DNA of 64,000 bases from Eledone cirrhosa (GCA_964016885.1 OZ024757.1:22506001-22570000), one strand, 5' to 3'. Counted from the first letter of the stretch, positions 1 to 12,690 are shown. The notes: generated from the sequence alone by a model not told the origin. Numbers and translations are program-made.

Positions 1-259
1 ATGTTTGTTGTTGCTGTTTTTTTTTTAAATTTTGTTCCTTTAAAAGAGAATTATAATAAAGGAAACTTTATAATAAGGGAAAGCAATGCAATATAAGTTT
101 AAGTTTGTTGTGTTGTCTAGCAATAACAATTACCATTTGTAGAATTGCGTCTGGATGGTTTCAATTTAATGTTAGAAGTGGCAAATATATGTTCTTTGAG
201 AGGCAGCCATAGAGGAAATACTGCATAGTTCCAAACATTGGAATTATATGCTTTCATTG

Positions 260-463
260 TTATATATATATATATATATATATATACGGCAGACGTAAAA
301 TGAAGATGATATACACAAACACACACACACACACACACACACATATTTATATATATATATATATATACAATTCAATATATATATGTATACATATATGCAT
401 ACACACATATATATATATATATACAATTCAATATATATATGTATACATATATGCATACACATA

Positions 464-510
<47 letters not shown>

Positions 511-514
511 ACAT

Positions 515-575
<61 letters not shown>

Positions 576-660
576 TCAATATATATATGTATACATATAT
601 GCATACATATATATATATATATGATATATACATATATACATGATATATACATATATACAA

Positions 661-715
<55 letters not shown>

Positions 716-770
716 CTAATATATATATATATATATGTGTGTGTGTATATTTATATATATACATATATAT
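260..770. repeat. Compound (TA)n/(CA)n microsatellite with a block duplicated three times
   Basis: Long TA runs; the block acaattcaatatatatatgtatacatatatgcatac recurs at about 367, 423 and 570. Confidence 0.95.
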
Positions 771-1100
771 AAAACTGTTTTGTTTTGCTTTGTCTGTTGT
801 TGTTTCTTGGTTTTATCAAAGAGAAAGCCACATAAAATATATTGTATAAAATAAAAACCTAGAGACGGAACTATTTAACAATAAAAACGAAACAAGAATT
901 ACACATACACACAGACAGACGGAGAGACAGACATATACAAGTAGAGAAAGCGAATGTATAACAGTTCAAATACTTAATATTGATCTATTTTAGTACTTTA
1001 GTTCTAACATAGAATATTGATAAAAGAACAGTAAAGTGAAAAATACAAATGAATAGATAGAATTAAAAACAAACATCAAGCCATTTTGAGATGCCATATG

Positions 1101-1149
<49 letters not shown>

Positions 1150-1150
<1 letters not shown>

Positions 1151-1382
1151 AAAAAAACACACAGTCCACGCTGTAATGTGGCCGTGTAGGTAACACGGTA
1201 AAAAGTTCCCAGTTCTACACTGTAAATGTGGTTGGTGTTAGGAAGGGCATCCAGCCGGAGAAAACCTGCCAGATAGTCCTATATGAGTGAGACACGGTCA
1301 GTCGACCAACCTTGCCTCAAGTGGGACAACTCCCGTCTAACCCATGCTAGCGTGGAAGATGGATGTTAAACGAAGATGATGA

Positions 1383-1385
<3 letters not shown>
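1150..1385 (+). mobile_element. 5'-truncated 3' UTR of an RTE-clade LINE (family C)
   Basis: Matches the sequence directly downstream of the RTE ORF stop at 61995 (minus strand); contains ggtgttaggaagggcatcc and ends cccatgctagcgtgg...(GAT)n. Confidence 0.8.
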
Positions 1386-1422
<37 letters not shown>

Positions 1423-1796
1423 ACATATCTATGTATACATATATATGTATATATATATATACACATACATAAATATGTATATATATATGTATATATATAT
1501 ATATGTATATATATATATACATACTTATATATGTTTGGTGAACTGCTCCTCATACAACACATTAAGGGACCCTTTCTAGCTGCTATTAAAACTTAGCAGA
1601 GGCCCTGTTTGAATAGAGGAGCCCTGTTTTGGAGAGGCTGGAGGGGAGGCCTGTTCCTAGAAAGGGCTTTGTTTGACAAGGGGTGCATTGGCTATTCACC
1701 CACTCCACCCCATGACAAGGGTTAAATGGGTCTTCACAGACGGAAGTAGGCATGATGATTATGATGATGATATAGCTTGTGATTGTTAACTACAAA

Positions 1797-2178
1797 ATGA
1801 AGGCACATGGCTTAGTGGTTAGAGCATTGGCCTTGCAATCGAAAGGTTGTGAGTTCAATACTCAGACCGGGTGATGTGTTGTTTCCTTGAGCAAGACACT
1901 TTATTTCACATTGTTCCAGTTTACTCAGCTGTAGAAATGAGATGATAGGGACTGGGGTCCCTATCATTCCACTGCAAAGTGATCGTGGAGGTGCCATGGC
2001 AAAAAAGCACCCAGCACTCACTGAAAAGTGGACGTGGAGGTGCCACGGAAAAAAAGCACCCAGCCCACACTGTAAATGAGGTTGGTGTTAGGAAGGGCAT
2101 CCAGCTGTAGAAATCAAGCCAGAATCAGTTCCCGTCCCTCCCTTGCAAGCAGGGAAAAGCAGACGTAAAATGATGATG
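1797..2178 (+). mobile_element. tRNA-derived SINE, family A
   Basis: A box TGGCTTAGTGG, B box GAGTTCAATAC, CORE-like ccttgagcaagacacttta...ctcagctgtagaaatg, hairpin ATGATAGGGAC/GTCCCTATCAT, RTE-type tail ending (TGA)n; seven copies in the window. Confidence 0.9.
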
Positions 2179-2264
2179 AATCTATTTCAAACATGGGTGG
2201 GGTTAGGACCAACATCAAAGAGACAGCTACCTTAGATTTCTAGAATAGGTACAATGTAGCTCTG

Positions 2265-2600
2265 CATGTCATTAAAAGAGGCAACTAAAAGGGTTGGCAT
2301 GAGGAGGGGCATCCAGCTGTAAAACATTGTCCCAAACCATGCTGTCAAACCCATACCAGCATGTGAAAGCAGGTATGATGTTGATAATTAAGGGTAGAAT
2401 AGGTAGACAAATTGGTGGATGCATCTTTTGTGTATCCCTGTTTTTACTATAGGTACATGTTATTAGAAGAGTTGCATGTTTGTTATTAAGAAGAAACTAA
2501 AAGTGTTGGTGTAATGAAGGGCATCTGGCTGTAAGACATTGTCCCAAATCATCCCATCCAGCCCATGCTGGCATAAAAAAGTAGACGTAATATGGTGAAT
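2265..2600 (+). mobile_element. Two decayed tandem fragments with RTE-type tails
   Basis: Each has ctaaaag.gttgg...ggcatc..gctgtaa.acattgtcccaaa...cccat.c..gcat. Confidence 0.55.
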
Positions 2601-2822
2601 GATCAGAAAATTATAAACACTTGTATTTGGCGAATATAGCCATCATGTATCAGAGAATAAAAACTGATTTTTACCCACGGAAAGCACCACAAATATCCAT
2701 AAGATTTGTTTTACTTTAATATAAATGAGAAGCCGTGTCAGATATTATATACACACACACACATACACACATATATATATATATATATAAATCTATTATG
2801 ATGATATATATATACACACACA

Positions 2823-2860
2823 TTGAAAAGGCTTGCCGAATACAAGCCGAAACTATTAGG
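2823..2860 (+). ncRNA. Partial or decayed hammerhead-like motif
   Basis: TTGAAAA-GGCTTG-CCGAATA-CAAGCC-GAAA-CTATTAGG: perfect 6-bp stem II and GAAA, but the core deviates from CUGANGA. Confidence 0.4.
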
Positions 2861-2888
2861 TATCACGGACAGGTTTTTATCTCCCGAT

Positions 2889-2930
<42 letters not shown>

Positions 2931-3022
2931 ATAATTATGATGATATATACATGTATGTATCTACATATATATACATACATATACACACATATATGCACAT
3001 ATATATATACGGATGCATATAT

Positions 3023-3053
<31 letters not shown>

Positions 3054-3809
3054 CACACACACAAACACATATATATGCATATATGTACATATATACATAA
3101 ATTTCCCCCCAGCTAAATAAATCTTTATAATGGTAAAATACCAGCTAAATCTTTCATCCATTTTGAAATGTGCAACAAGATTCTGTTAAAAGTACATGAA
3201 AATAGTAATAAATTTGTTATATTTCTTTCTGTTTTGCTTTTGTTAGTTGGGTTGGGGTTTATTTATTTATTTATTATTTTCATTCTGTTTTATTTTGATA
3301 TCTCATATTATCAATAGTGGCAACTACACTAGGAAGTGTTTCTATCTTACATTCTACAAAATTGGTAGCAAGCTATCTTGAAGAAAAAATATCACTAACA
3401 AAAAGGCAGCGAGGAATTGGTGAATGGTAAAGAGAAGGGAAGGGAAGCAAAGAGGAATTGAAAGAGAAATAAGAGAGAGAAATAAAAGAAAGTAAAGGAA
3501 GAAGATCTGAAGACAATTGAATGAATTTATTTTCAAATATGGCATTGCTTTCTATGTTGTCCATATTTAATGAAGCAAAAAACTTTTGCCAACTAACTTC
3601 ATTTCTCACTCATACACACACTTATGTGTGTGTATGTATGTATGTGTGTATATATATATATAAATATATACATCATACATACATTTATAAGGATTTTCTG
3701 CCCTACAGTTAAGCTTTTACCATCCTGATAACAAATGAGATACTATATATATATATAAGGGATAACAAAATATCGTTATAGGTAATGTTATTCTTCACTT
3801 TTTCAATTA

Positions 3810-3831
3810 TATATATATATATATATAATAT

Positions 3832-3864
<33 letters not shown>

Positions 3865-3897
3865 AGATATATATATATATATATTATATATATATAT

Positions 3898-3940
<43 letters not shown>

Positions 3941-4022
3941 ATAATATATATATATATATATTATATATATATATATTATATATATATATATATTATATAT
4001 ATATATATATTATATATATATA
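3810..4022. repeat. (TA)n microsatellite with phase shifts
   Basis: About 210 bp almost entirely A/T. Confidence 0.95.
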
Positions 4023-4028
4023 TGTGTG

Positions 4029-4410
4029 ATGGAGGCACATGGCTTAGTGGTTAGAGCATTGGCCTTGCAATCAAAAGGTTGTGAGTTCAATTCTCAGACT
4101 GGGTGATGTGTTGTTTCCTTGAGCAAGACACTTTATTTCACATTGTTCCAGTTACCTCAGCTGTAGAAATGAGATGATAGGGACTGGGGTCCCTATCATT
4201 CCACTGCAAAGTGGACATGTAGGTGCCACGCCGAAAAAGCACACACTGTAAAGTGGACGTGTAGGCGCCACGGCAAAAAAGCACCCAGCACTCACTGTAA
4301 ATGAGGTTGGTGTTAGGAAGGGCATCCAGCTGTAGAAATCAAGCCAGAATCAGTTCCCGTCCCACCCTTGCAAGCAGGGAAAAGCAGGCGTAAAATTATG
4401 ATGATAATTA
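4029..4410 (+). mobile_element. SINE family A
   Basis: Near-identical to 1797-2178, with two internal modules. Confidence 0.9.
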
Positions 4411-4481
4411 TGATGATATATATAAATATATATATATATATATTGGAAAATGTGTGAGATCCTTGGTACAGTTAGGTATAC

Positions 4482-4638
4482 TTGAAAAAAAAGAAAAGAA
4501 TGACTTCACTTGTAGTGTTAAAAAATTTTTGATATAATTTTATATTATTATGAGTTGGTAGATCCAACACATAATATTATAATATTAAATCAAAAATTTT
4601 TTAACTACAAGTGAAGTCATTCTTTTCCTTTTTTTCAA
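4482..4638. repeat. Fold-back palindrome, about 75-bp arms and 5-nt loop
   Basis: gaaaagaatgacttcacttgtag...gagttgg TAGAT ccaacac...ctacaagtgaagtcattcttttc. Confidence 0.85.
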
Positions 4639-5036
4639 ATATATACACACACACAAACATACAATGGTACACATGACCAATGTATATTTTATATTCATAC
4701 ATGAAGTTGTGCATCCCATCAGCAATATATGTGTGCGTGTGTGTGTGTCTCTTTATATGACAGACTCTCCCGTCGTACATTGACGTCTGGGAGTCCAACA
4801 GCCTTCTCAGTTCAATTATCTATGGTTATGTCTTAAATGGCTCTTGAGTCCAGCTGATGCTTTACACATCAAGCTGTATTTTGTGCATATAATATTCATA
4901 TAGATATATATTTATATGAATACTATATGTATGTGTGTGTATTACTCTGAGTTAATATGTGTGTATTTGTGTGTATATATGTGATGACATGTGGCTTGGC
5001 GGTTAGGCTGTTCAGCTCATGATTGTAAGGTTGGAA

Positions 5037-6300
5037 GGCACTCCGTCGGTTAACATGGCAAGTGTTCCAGTTGATCCAATCAACGGAACAGCCTGCTCAT
5101 GTAATTAGCATGCAAGTGGACGAGCATTCCACAAACACGTGTACCCCTAACATAGTTCGTAGGGAGATTCAGCATGACACAGAATATAACAAGGCTGTAT
5201 ACACCCCCAACCCACTACCTAAACTCCACCCCACCACCCCACCCCCATCAACACCACCCCTTTCTCTGTAAAGTTATGTTGGTACCACAACATCCAGTCC
5301 TAAATGAGTGAGGTCGTGTAGGTGTCACGACAGAGAAACACATGGTCCACGCTGTAGTGTGGCTGTGTAGGTAACACGGTAAAAACCTCCCAGTCCACAC
5401 TGTAAACGTAGTTGGTGTTAGGAAGGGCATCCAGCCATAGAATACCTGCCAGACAGTCCTATAGTTCGCAGGGAGATTCAACATGACACAGAATATAACA
5501 AGGCTGTATACACCCCCAACCCACTACCTCAACTCCACCCCACCAGCCCACCCCCATCAACACCACCCCTTTCTCTGTAAAGTTATGTTGGTACCACAAC
5601 ATCCAGTCCTAAATGAGTGAGGTCGTGTAGGTGTCACGACAGAGAAACACATGGTCCACGCTGTAGTGTGGCTGTGTAGGTAACACGGTAAAAACCTCCC
5701 AGTCCACACTGTAAACGTAGTTGGTGTTAGGAAGGGCATCCAGCCATAGAATACCTGCCAGACAGTCCTATAGTTCGCAGGGAGATTCAGCATGACACAG
5801 AATATAACAAGGCTGTATACACCCCCAACCCACTACCTCAACTCCACCCCACCAGCCCACCCCCATCAACACCACCCCTTTCTCTGTAAAGTTATGTTGG
5901 TACCACAACATCCAGTCCTAAATGAGTGAGGTCGTGTAGGTGTCACGACAGAGAAACACATCGTCCACGCTGTAGTGTGGCTGTGTAGGTAACACGGTAA
6001 AAACCTCCCAGTCCACACTGTAAACGTAGTTGGTGTTAGGAAGGGCATCCAGCCATAGAATACCTGCCAGACAGTCCTATACGAGAGAGACGACCAATCT
6101 TGCCTCAAGTGGGACAATTCTCGTCTAAACCCATGCTAGAGTGGAAGATGGAAGTTAAACGATGATGATGATGATGATCCATCGAACTACAGGTACAACT
6201 CATTTTAGCCAGCTGAGTGAACTGGAGTAACACAAAATAATGTGTCTTGCTCAAGGACACAACGCACCACTAAATATTGAACCCATGAACTTACAATTGT
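5037..6300 (-). mobile_element. SINE family D interrupted by an RTE 3' UTR insertion
   Basis: 5037-5197 and 6178-6300 join to match the uninterrupted copy at 63545-63856 (aaggctg|accc.tcgaa.tacaggtacaactc). Confidence 0.75.
5152..6080 (+). repeat. 309-bp tandem triplication spanning the SINE-D/RTE 3' UTR junction
   Basis: Three near-identical copies; ORFs at 5248, 5557 and 5866 are offset by exactly 309. Confidence 0.95.
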
Positions 6301-6302
6301 TA

Positions 6303-6705
6303 AGGCACATGGCTTTGTGGTTAGGGTATTTGGCTCATAATCGTAAGGTCATGAGTTCGAATCCCAGCATTTATTCCATGTTGCTCCAGTTCACTCAGCT
6401 GGTAAAAATAAGTTGTACCTGTAATTCGATGGGTTCAGCCTTGCCATATTCTGTGTCACACTGAATCTCCCTGAGAACTAAGCTAATGGTACACTTGTCT
6501 GTGGAATGGCCAGGCACTTGCACGTTCATCTCTAAGCTGTCTGTTCCATTGTTCATACAACCAGAACACTCCCTATTTGAACAGCTAGATGTCCAACAAA
6601 CACACTCGTGCTGAATCTCCCTGAGAATTATGTTAAAAGTGCATGTGTCTGTGGAATGCCCAGGCACTTGCAAGTTAATTTCATAAGTAGGCTGTTTTAT
6701 TGTTC
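6303..6705 (+). mobile_element. SINE family D with a partly duplicated body
   Basis: A/B-box head tggctttgtggtta...gagttcgaatcc; ctgaatctccctgagaa block occurs twice. Confidence 0.75.
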
Positions 6706-6729
6706 GTCCACCTCCAGCCTCATACTTAA

Positions 6730-7100
6730 GTGTGTGTGTGTGTGTGTGTGTCTATGGGTGTATGTGTGTGTATGTGTTTGTTTTTGTGTGCATGCATGTG
6801 TGTGTGTGTGTATGTATTTGTACCTCTGTATGCGTGTGTGCATGCGTATATGTCAGCGTATTGTGACTGTTTCTGTGCATGTGCATGTGTGTGTGTGTGT
6901 GCCTGTGTGTGTGAGTGAGTGTCTGTGTGTGTGTGTCTGTGTGTGCGTGTGCATGTGTATCTGTGTCTGTCTGCATGTGAGTATATGTGCATGTGTGTGC
7001 ATGCATGTCTGTGTGCATGCATGTGTCTGTGTGTCTATGTGTGTGCATGGGTATGTCTATGTGTGTGCATGTGTGTGTGTGTGTCTGCATGTAAGCGTGA
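6730..7100. repeat. (GT)n-rich microsatellite
   Basis: Degenerate GT/GTGC/GTCT repeats. Confidence 0.95.
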
Positions 7101-7494
7101 CTGATTACATTGTTGTGTGTGAAATGATTACATATCATTACACTCCATAAATCTGTTGCCCCTTCACCCCCAAAAAACTAGGCGTGACTTAACCCCTAAT
7201 GGGTATTTAGTAAGGGGTAGGAAGAACTAACCAGCTGTAAACTAAATGTAAAGGAAAACTGGAAAACCCAGTCATGTGGATAATTCACGTAAATATCTAA
7301 ATTTCCATAACGAACCAATCAGTGCATTAATAAAACCCTTCCTCCACACCAAAGTTAATTATTATACAGCATGTCTCTTTAACAAACACTGGTTACCATC
7401 TTACCCACTACTAGAACAACATTGTTTCTGTTGGGGATGGGTGGGGGTGGGAGGGTTATTTCTTAGTGAAGAGGAAGGTAGTCCTATGATCGTT

Positions 7495-7815
7495 TACTGA
7501 AACCCTGAGACTAGAGGGAGACAGGAAGATGTCTTCTAGCTAAAGACAGGACCTTAATATTTAATAAGGATAGAAAATAGCTGTGGCCCTTTTCAGAAAT
7601 TCTGAAACTGAAGACCTGACCTTAATATTATTTAGGAAGTAGGGAAATATTCATGGCCCTTTTCAGAAACTCTGAGACCAGAGGAAGAAAACAAGGCATT
7701 TGTTAGCAGAAGACCTGATCTTAATATTTATTCTGGGGGTGCAGTCCCTATGGCCCTTTTCAGAAATACTGAAGCTGGAGGGAGCCAACAAGCTGAAGAC
7801 CTGACCTTGATATTT
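7495..7815 (+). repeat. Old degenerate tandem repeat (about 3-4 units of 70-100 bp)
   Basis: Recurrent ggcccttttcagaaa..ctga and gaagacctgaccttaatatt. Confidence 0.7.
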
Positions 7816-8001
7816 ACAACAGAGTTGACTCCACTAAGGTCACCACAAAATGAAAGACAGATGACGTTGGTGTGATTTAAACACAGAGGGCATGTTCCAC
7901 CAAGTGCACAGGAGAGGTTGTCATGTCTTTGACTTAACTAAAGCTCCCCCGTTGAGACAAAAATAAGCAACTAACAACAATGGTTGTATTTCTAACATCT
8001 A

Positions 8002-8338
8002 ATGGAGGCACATGGCTTAGTGGTTAGAGCATTGGCCTTGCAATCGAAAGGTTGTGAGTTCAATTCTCGGACCGGGTGATGTGTTGTTTCCTTGAGCAAG
8101 ACACTTTATTTCACATTGCTCCAGTTTACTCAGCTGTAGAAATGAGATGATAGGGCTGGAGCCCCTATCATTCCACTGCAAAGTGGTCGTGGAGGTGCCA
8201 CAGCAAAAAAAGCACCCAGCACTCACTGTAAATGAGGTTGGTGTTAGGAAGGGCATCCAGCTGTAGAAATCAAGCCAGAATCAGTTCCCGTCCCACCCTT
8301 GCAAGCAGGGAAAAGTGAACATAAAATGATGTTGATGA
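8002..8338 (+). mobile_element. SINE family A
   Basis: Full head-to-tail copy with one internal module. Confidence 0.9.
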
Positions 8339-8459
8339 TCGTCAAATATTTCTATCAAGACAGTGGACTGTTCAATAAATAAATAGCACATTCACTTCTT
8401 CTTCACCCAGTTACTTATTCCTGAGAGGGTCATGAAACCAGAGTCTTCAAACACTCCTT

Positions 8460-9365
8460 CCAGTGGGTCCTGTTAGAAGAAACCATTTCCAACTGATCCG
8501 GCTGGATGCCCAAGTGAGACTAACTAAGCTCATGGATGTTATCCAATCATCTTGCAAGTGGTATAACCCTGGGTCTCCTGCTAGTTGGCTTTGCCCATTA
8601 ACCCTTTAATGTTCAAACCGGCCAAAACTGGCCAGAATTCTCTACCTCTTTCTGTTGAAACTGGCTGTAACTGGTCGCTCAAACTGATGTTAAGGTACTG
8701 TTTTCAAAATAAATACTTTCGAAATCTCACAGATTCGATATTATGTGAGGTATTATGTGAGGTAAAGCCTTTACCGTGAAAATATAATAGTATATATAGA
8801 GTACTGTGAATGTTATGTGAGATATTATGTGAGGTAAAGCCTTTACCATGAAAATATAATAGTATATATAGAGTATTGTAAATGTTATGCAAGATATTAT
8901 GTGAGGTAAAGCCTTTACCATGAAAATATAATAGTATATATAGAGTACTGTGAATGTTATGTGAGATATTATGTGAGGTAAAGCCTTTACCATGAAAATA
9001 TAATAGTATATATAGAGTATTGTAAATGTTACGCGAGATATTATGTGAGGTAAAGCTTTACCATGAAAATATAATAGTATATATAGGCTAATGTAAATGT
9101 TATGTGAGATGTTATGTGAGATATTATGTGAGGTAAAGCCTTTACCATGAAAATATAATAGTATATATAGAGTATTGTAAATGTTATGCGAGATATTATG
9201 TGAGGTAAAGCCTTTACCATGAAAATACAATAGTATATATAGAGCAATGTGAATGTTACGCAAGATATTATGTGAGGTAAAGCCTTTACCATGAAAATAT
9301 AATAGTATATAGAGTAATGTGATTGCTAAAGGGTTAAATCTGTCCAGCGATTCTTTCCTGGGACA
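8460..9365 (-). mobile_element. Decayed RTE (Rex3/Expander-like) 3' fragment split by a TTAA MITE
   Basis: 8480-8597 plus 9338-9365 align with the uninterrupted homologue at 34240-34390. Confidence 0.7.
8602..9333 (+). mobile_element. piggyBac-type non-autonomous element with an internal 72-bp tandem array
   Basis: TTAA|CCCTTTA...TAAAGGG|TTAA; about 8 units of 72 bp; second copy at 31384-32322. Confidence 0.85.
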
Positions 9366-9557
9366 TAGTTTTTAGGTATGCACATTGAAGTGAATATACA
9401 AATTTACAAATTTACAAAAATATCTAACCCATGATAACAGTAAATAATGAACAAAAGCAAAGAATGTTTAAAAGAAAATAAATTAAAATTAAATTAAAAC
9501 TGAAATAACAAGATATAGTGTTTCATTTTATTGTTGGTGGTTTTTTTCTCTATTTCA

Positions 9558-10520
9558 AAGTGTATGTGTGTATGTGTCTGTGCATGTGTGTATGTGTGTG
9601 TGCATGTGTGTGTGCATGTGTGTATTTGTGTGTGTGCATGTCTGAGTATGTGTGTGTATATGTGCATGAGTACATGTGTCTGTATGCATGTGTCTGTATG
9701 TGTGCATGCATCTGTATGCATGTGTTTGTGTGGGCATGTGTGTGTGTGTGTGTGAATGTACAGTATATGTGTGTATGTATTTGTGTATATGTGTACATAA
9801 GTATGTATGTGTGTGTGTATGTGTGTATATGTACAAGAGATTGTGTGTGTTTATTTGTGCATGTGTTATGTATGTGTAAGAATATGTCTATATGTGTATA
9901 TTTGTGTACATGAATGTGTATATATATATATATATATATGCATGTGTCTGTATGCATATGAGTGTGTATGTGTAAGAATGTGTGTATATGTACATGTCTG
10001 TGTGTATGTGTGTATATGTGCATGTTTGTGTGTATGTGTAGATGAGAGTATAATGTACATGTCTCTGTGTGAGTGTGTATATGTACATGTCTGTGTGTAT
10101 GTGTAGATGAGAGTATATATGTACATGTCTGTGTGTATGTGTAGATGAGAGTATATATATGTACATGTGTCTGTGTGTGTGTGTGTATATGTACATGTCT
10201 GTGTGTGTGTGTGTGTGTAGATGAGAGTATATATATGTACATGTGTCTGTGTGTGTGTTTATGTACATGTCTGTGTGTATATGTACATGTCTGTGTGTGT
10301 ATGTGTAGATGAGAGTATATATATGTACATGTCTGTGTGTGTGTGTGTGTGTGTATGTACATGTCTGTGTGTGTATGTGTGTATATGTACATGTCTGTGT
10401 GTGTATGTGTGTATATGTACATGTCTGTGTGTGTGTGTGTATATGTACATGTCTGTGTGTGTATGTGTGTATATGTACATGTCTGTGTGTGTGTGTGTAT
10501 ATGTACATGTCTGTGTGTAT
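9558..10520. repeat. (GT)n microsatellite grading into a ~28-bp minisatellite
   Basis: Recurrent gtatatgtacatgtctgtgtgt and gtagatgagagtat. Confidence 0.9.
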
Positions 10521-10689
10521 GGAAGTTTCAGTTTTCTAAAAATCTTCATTCAACTCAGAATTAATGATTTAATCAGTAAATCGTTGCCAATAAATCACAG
10601 CAAAACAAAAGACTGTCAGATTTTGATGTAAATGTTAACCTTATATATTCCAACAGTGGTTACATCAATCTTGAAATATTGGTACAGGT

Positions 10690-11708
10690 CTAGTAGTGGT
10701 GGTGGTGGTAGTGGTGGTGGTGGTGGTGGTGGCTGTAGTAGTAGTAGAGGTGGTAGTAGTAGTAGTAGAAGTAGTGGTGGTAGTGGTAGTAGTAGTGGTA
10801 GTGGTAGTAACAGTGTAGATAGTGATAGGTTTTTTTAGTAGGATGTGTAGAGTTAGATGGGGAGGAATGGGGAGAGTGAGTGAGGAGAAATGGAAGAGAG
10901 GGTGGGAGAGAGGGTGGGAGAGAGGGTGGGAGATAGTGAGAGGGAGGGAGTGAAAGAAAGGAGAGAAGGGGAGAGAGTGAGAGGCATGGCAAACAGAAAG
11001 AATGATGAAGGAGAAAGGGAGACATACTGACGGGGGGAGGTGGAGGGAAGGTGAGAGGAGGAAGGAGAGGGAGAGCGGGGAGAAAGTAGAGAGAGAGGAA
11101 GAAGAGAGAAAGAGAGAGAGAGAGGAAGAAGTAGAGAGAAAGAGAGAGATGGAAGTAGAGAGAAAGAGAGAGAAGGAAGTAGAGAGAAAGAGAGAGATGG
11201 AAGTAGAGAGAAAGAGAGAGAAGGAAGTAGAGAGAAAGAGAGAGAAGGAAGTAGAGAGAAAGAGAGAGAAGGAAGTAGAGAGAAAGAGAGAGAAGGAAGT
11301 AGAGAGAGAGAGGGGGGGGAAGTAGAGAGAAAGAGAGGGGGAAGTAGAGAGAAAGAGAGGGGAAGTAGAGAGAAAGAGAGGGGAAGTAGAGAGAAAGAGA
11401 GAGAGGGGGGGGAGTAGAGAGAAAGAGAGAGAAGGAAGTAGAGAGAAAGAGAGAGAAGGAAGTAGAGAGAGAGGGGGAAGTAGAGAGAAAGAGAGAGAGA
11501 GGGGGGAGTAGAGAGAAAGACGGGGAAGTAGAGAGAGAGAGGTAGAGAGAAAGAGAGAGGGGGGAGTAGAGAGAAAGAGAGATAGAGAGGGAGAAGTAGA
11601 GAGAAAGATATAGAGAGGGGAAGTAGAGAGAGAGAGAGAGAGGGGTGTAGAGAGAAAGAGAGAGAGAGGAGGGAAGTAGAGAGAAAGAGAGCGAGAGAGA
11701 GGGGGAAG

Positions 11709-11743
<35 letters not shown>

Positions 11744-11775
11744 GGGGAAGTAGAGAGAGAGAGAGAGAGAGAGAG
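10690..11775. repeat. (GGT/AGT)n tract followed by a polypurine 24-bp minisatellite
   Basis: Unit agaaggaagtagagagaaagagag; about 900 bp almost entirely purine on the + strand. Confidence 0.9.
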
Positions 11776-11989
11776 TTACGACATGACTGGTGCAGAGTTG
11801 TATTGGCCATTACCTTTCCCTTGGACAACATCAATAACATGCAGAGGGGGAGACTGGTATGTATGGGTGACTGTTGGTCTTCCACTAACAGCCATGCCCG
11901 AACTTGAGCCTCAGAGGAGAACTTTCTAGGTGAAAATCCCATGGTCTTTCATGGCTGAAGAGGGCCTTTACCTTAACATACATTATATG

Positions 11990-12330
11990 TGGATTGGCAG
12001 TATCGGTAGAGGGTCGGACGCCATGCTTTGACGCATAGAGTTACAGCCCTTGCCATTCTGAGTTGAAATCCCGCCGAGGTTAACTTTGCCTTTCATCCTT
12101 ACGGGGTCGATAAAATAAAGTACCAGTAATAAAATAAAGTACAGTAATTATATATATAATTGTTTCTACTTTTGGCACAAGGCCAGCAATTATCCCAGTG
12201 TATTACTGGTACTTTATTTTATCGACCCCGTAAGGATGAAAGGCAAAGTTAACCTCGGCAGAATTTGAACTCAGACCATAAAGGGCGGCAACTCTTTGCT
12301 GCAAAGCATGGCGTCCGGCCCTCTACCGAT
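11990..12330. mobile_element. Two SINE family B copies in tail-to-tail inverted orientation
   Basis: + copy 11990-12130 and - copy 12157-12330; head tggcagtatcggtagag, B box, body gcctttcatccttacggggtcgataaaataaagtacc (resembles the Meta-type SINE body as I recall it). Confidence 0.85.
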
Positions 12331-12337
12331 ATATAAT

Positions 12338-12690
12338 GTAGGCACATGGCCTAGTGGTAAGGGTGTTGGATTTACAAGCATAATGTCATGGGTTCGATTC
12401 CTGGGCTGCATGTTGTGCTCTTGATTTCACATAGCTCCAGTACACTCAGCTGAAAATGGGTACCAACAATAGCTGTGGGTCTAACCCTGCTATGGACTGG
12501 CGTCCTGTCCAATGGGGGAATCTTGTACTCTCATTCACTTCATGCCATGAAACCGGGATAAGTACCAGTAAGAGCTGGGGGTTCAACCCTACGATGGACT
12601 GGCGTCCTGTCCAGGGGGGAGTCTTGTACTCTCAATCACTTCACACTATGAAACTGGGGTGAGTGCCGGCCAAATGAACCTTCTGGCTTA
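12338..12690 (+). mobile_element. tRNA-derived SINE family E with a duplicated ~110-bp body
   Basis: A box tggcctagtgg, B box ggttcgattcc; aaccct.c.atggactggcgtcctgtcca occurs twice; reverse copy at 29765-30028. Confidence 0.8.

Noticed and set aside
1802-1875. tRNA gene at SINE-A heads
   Set aside because: A and B boxes are present but the acceptor and anticodon stems do not pair, and the head continues into a SINE body in all copies.
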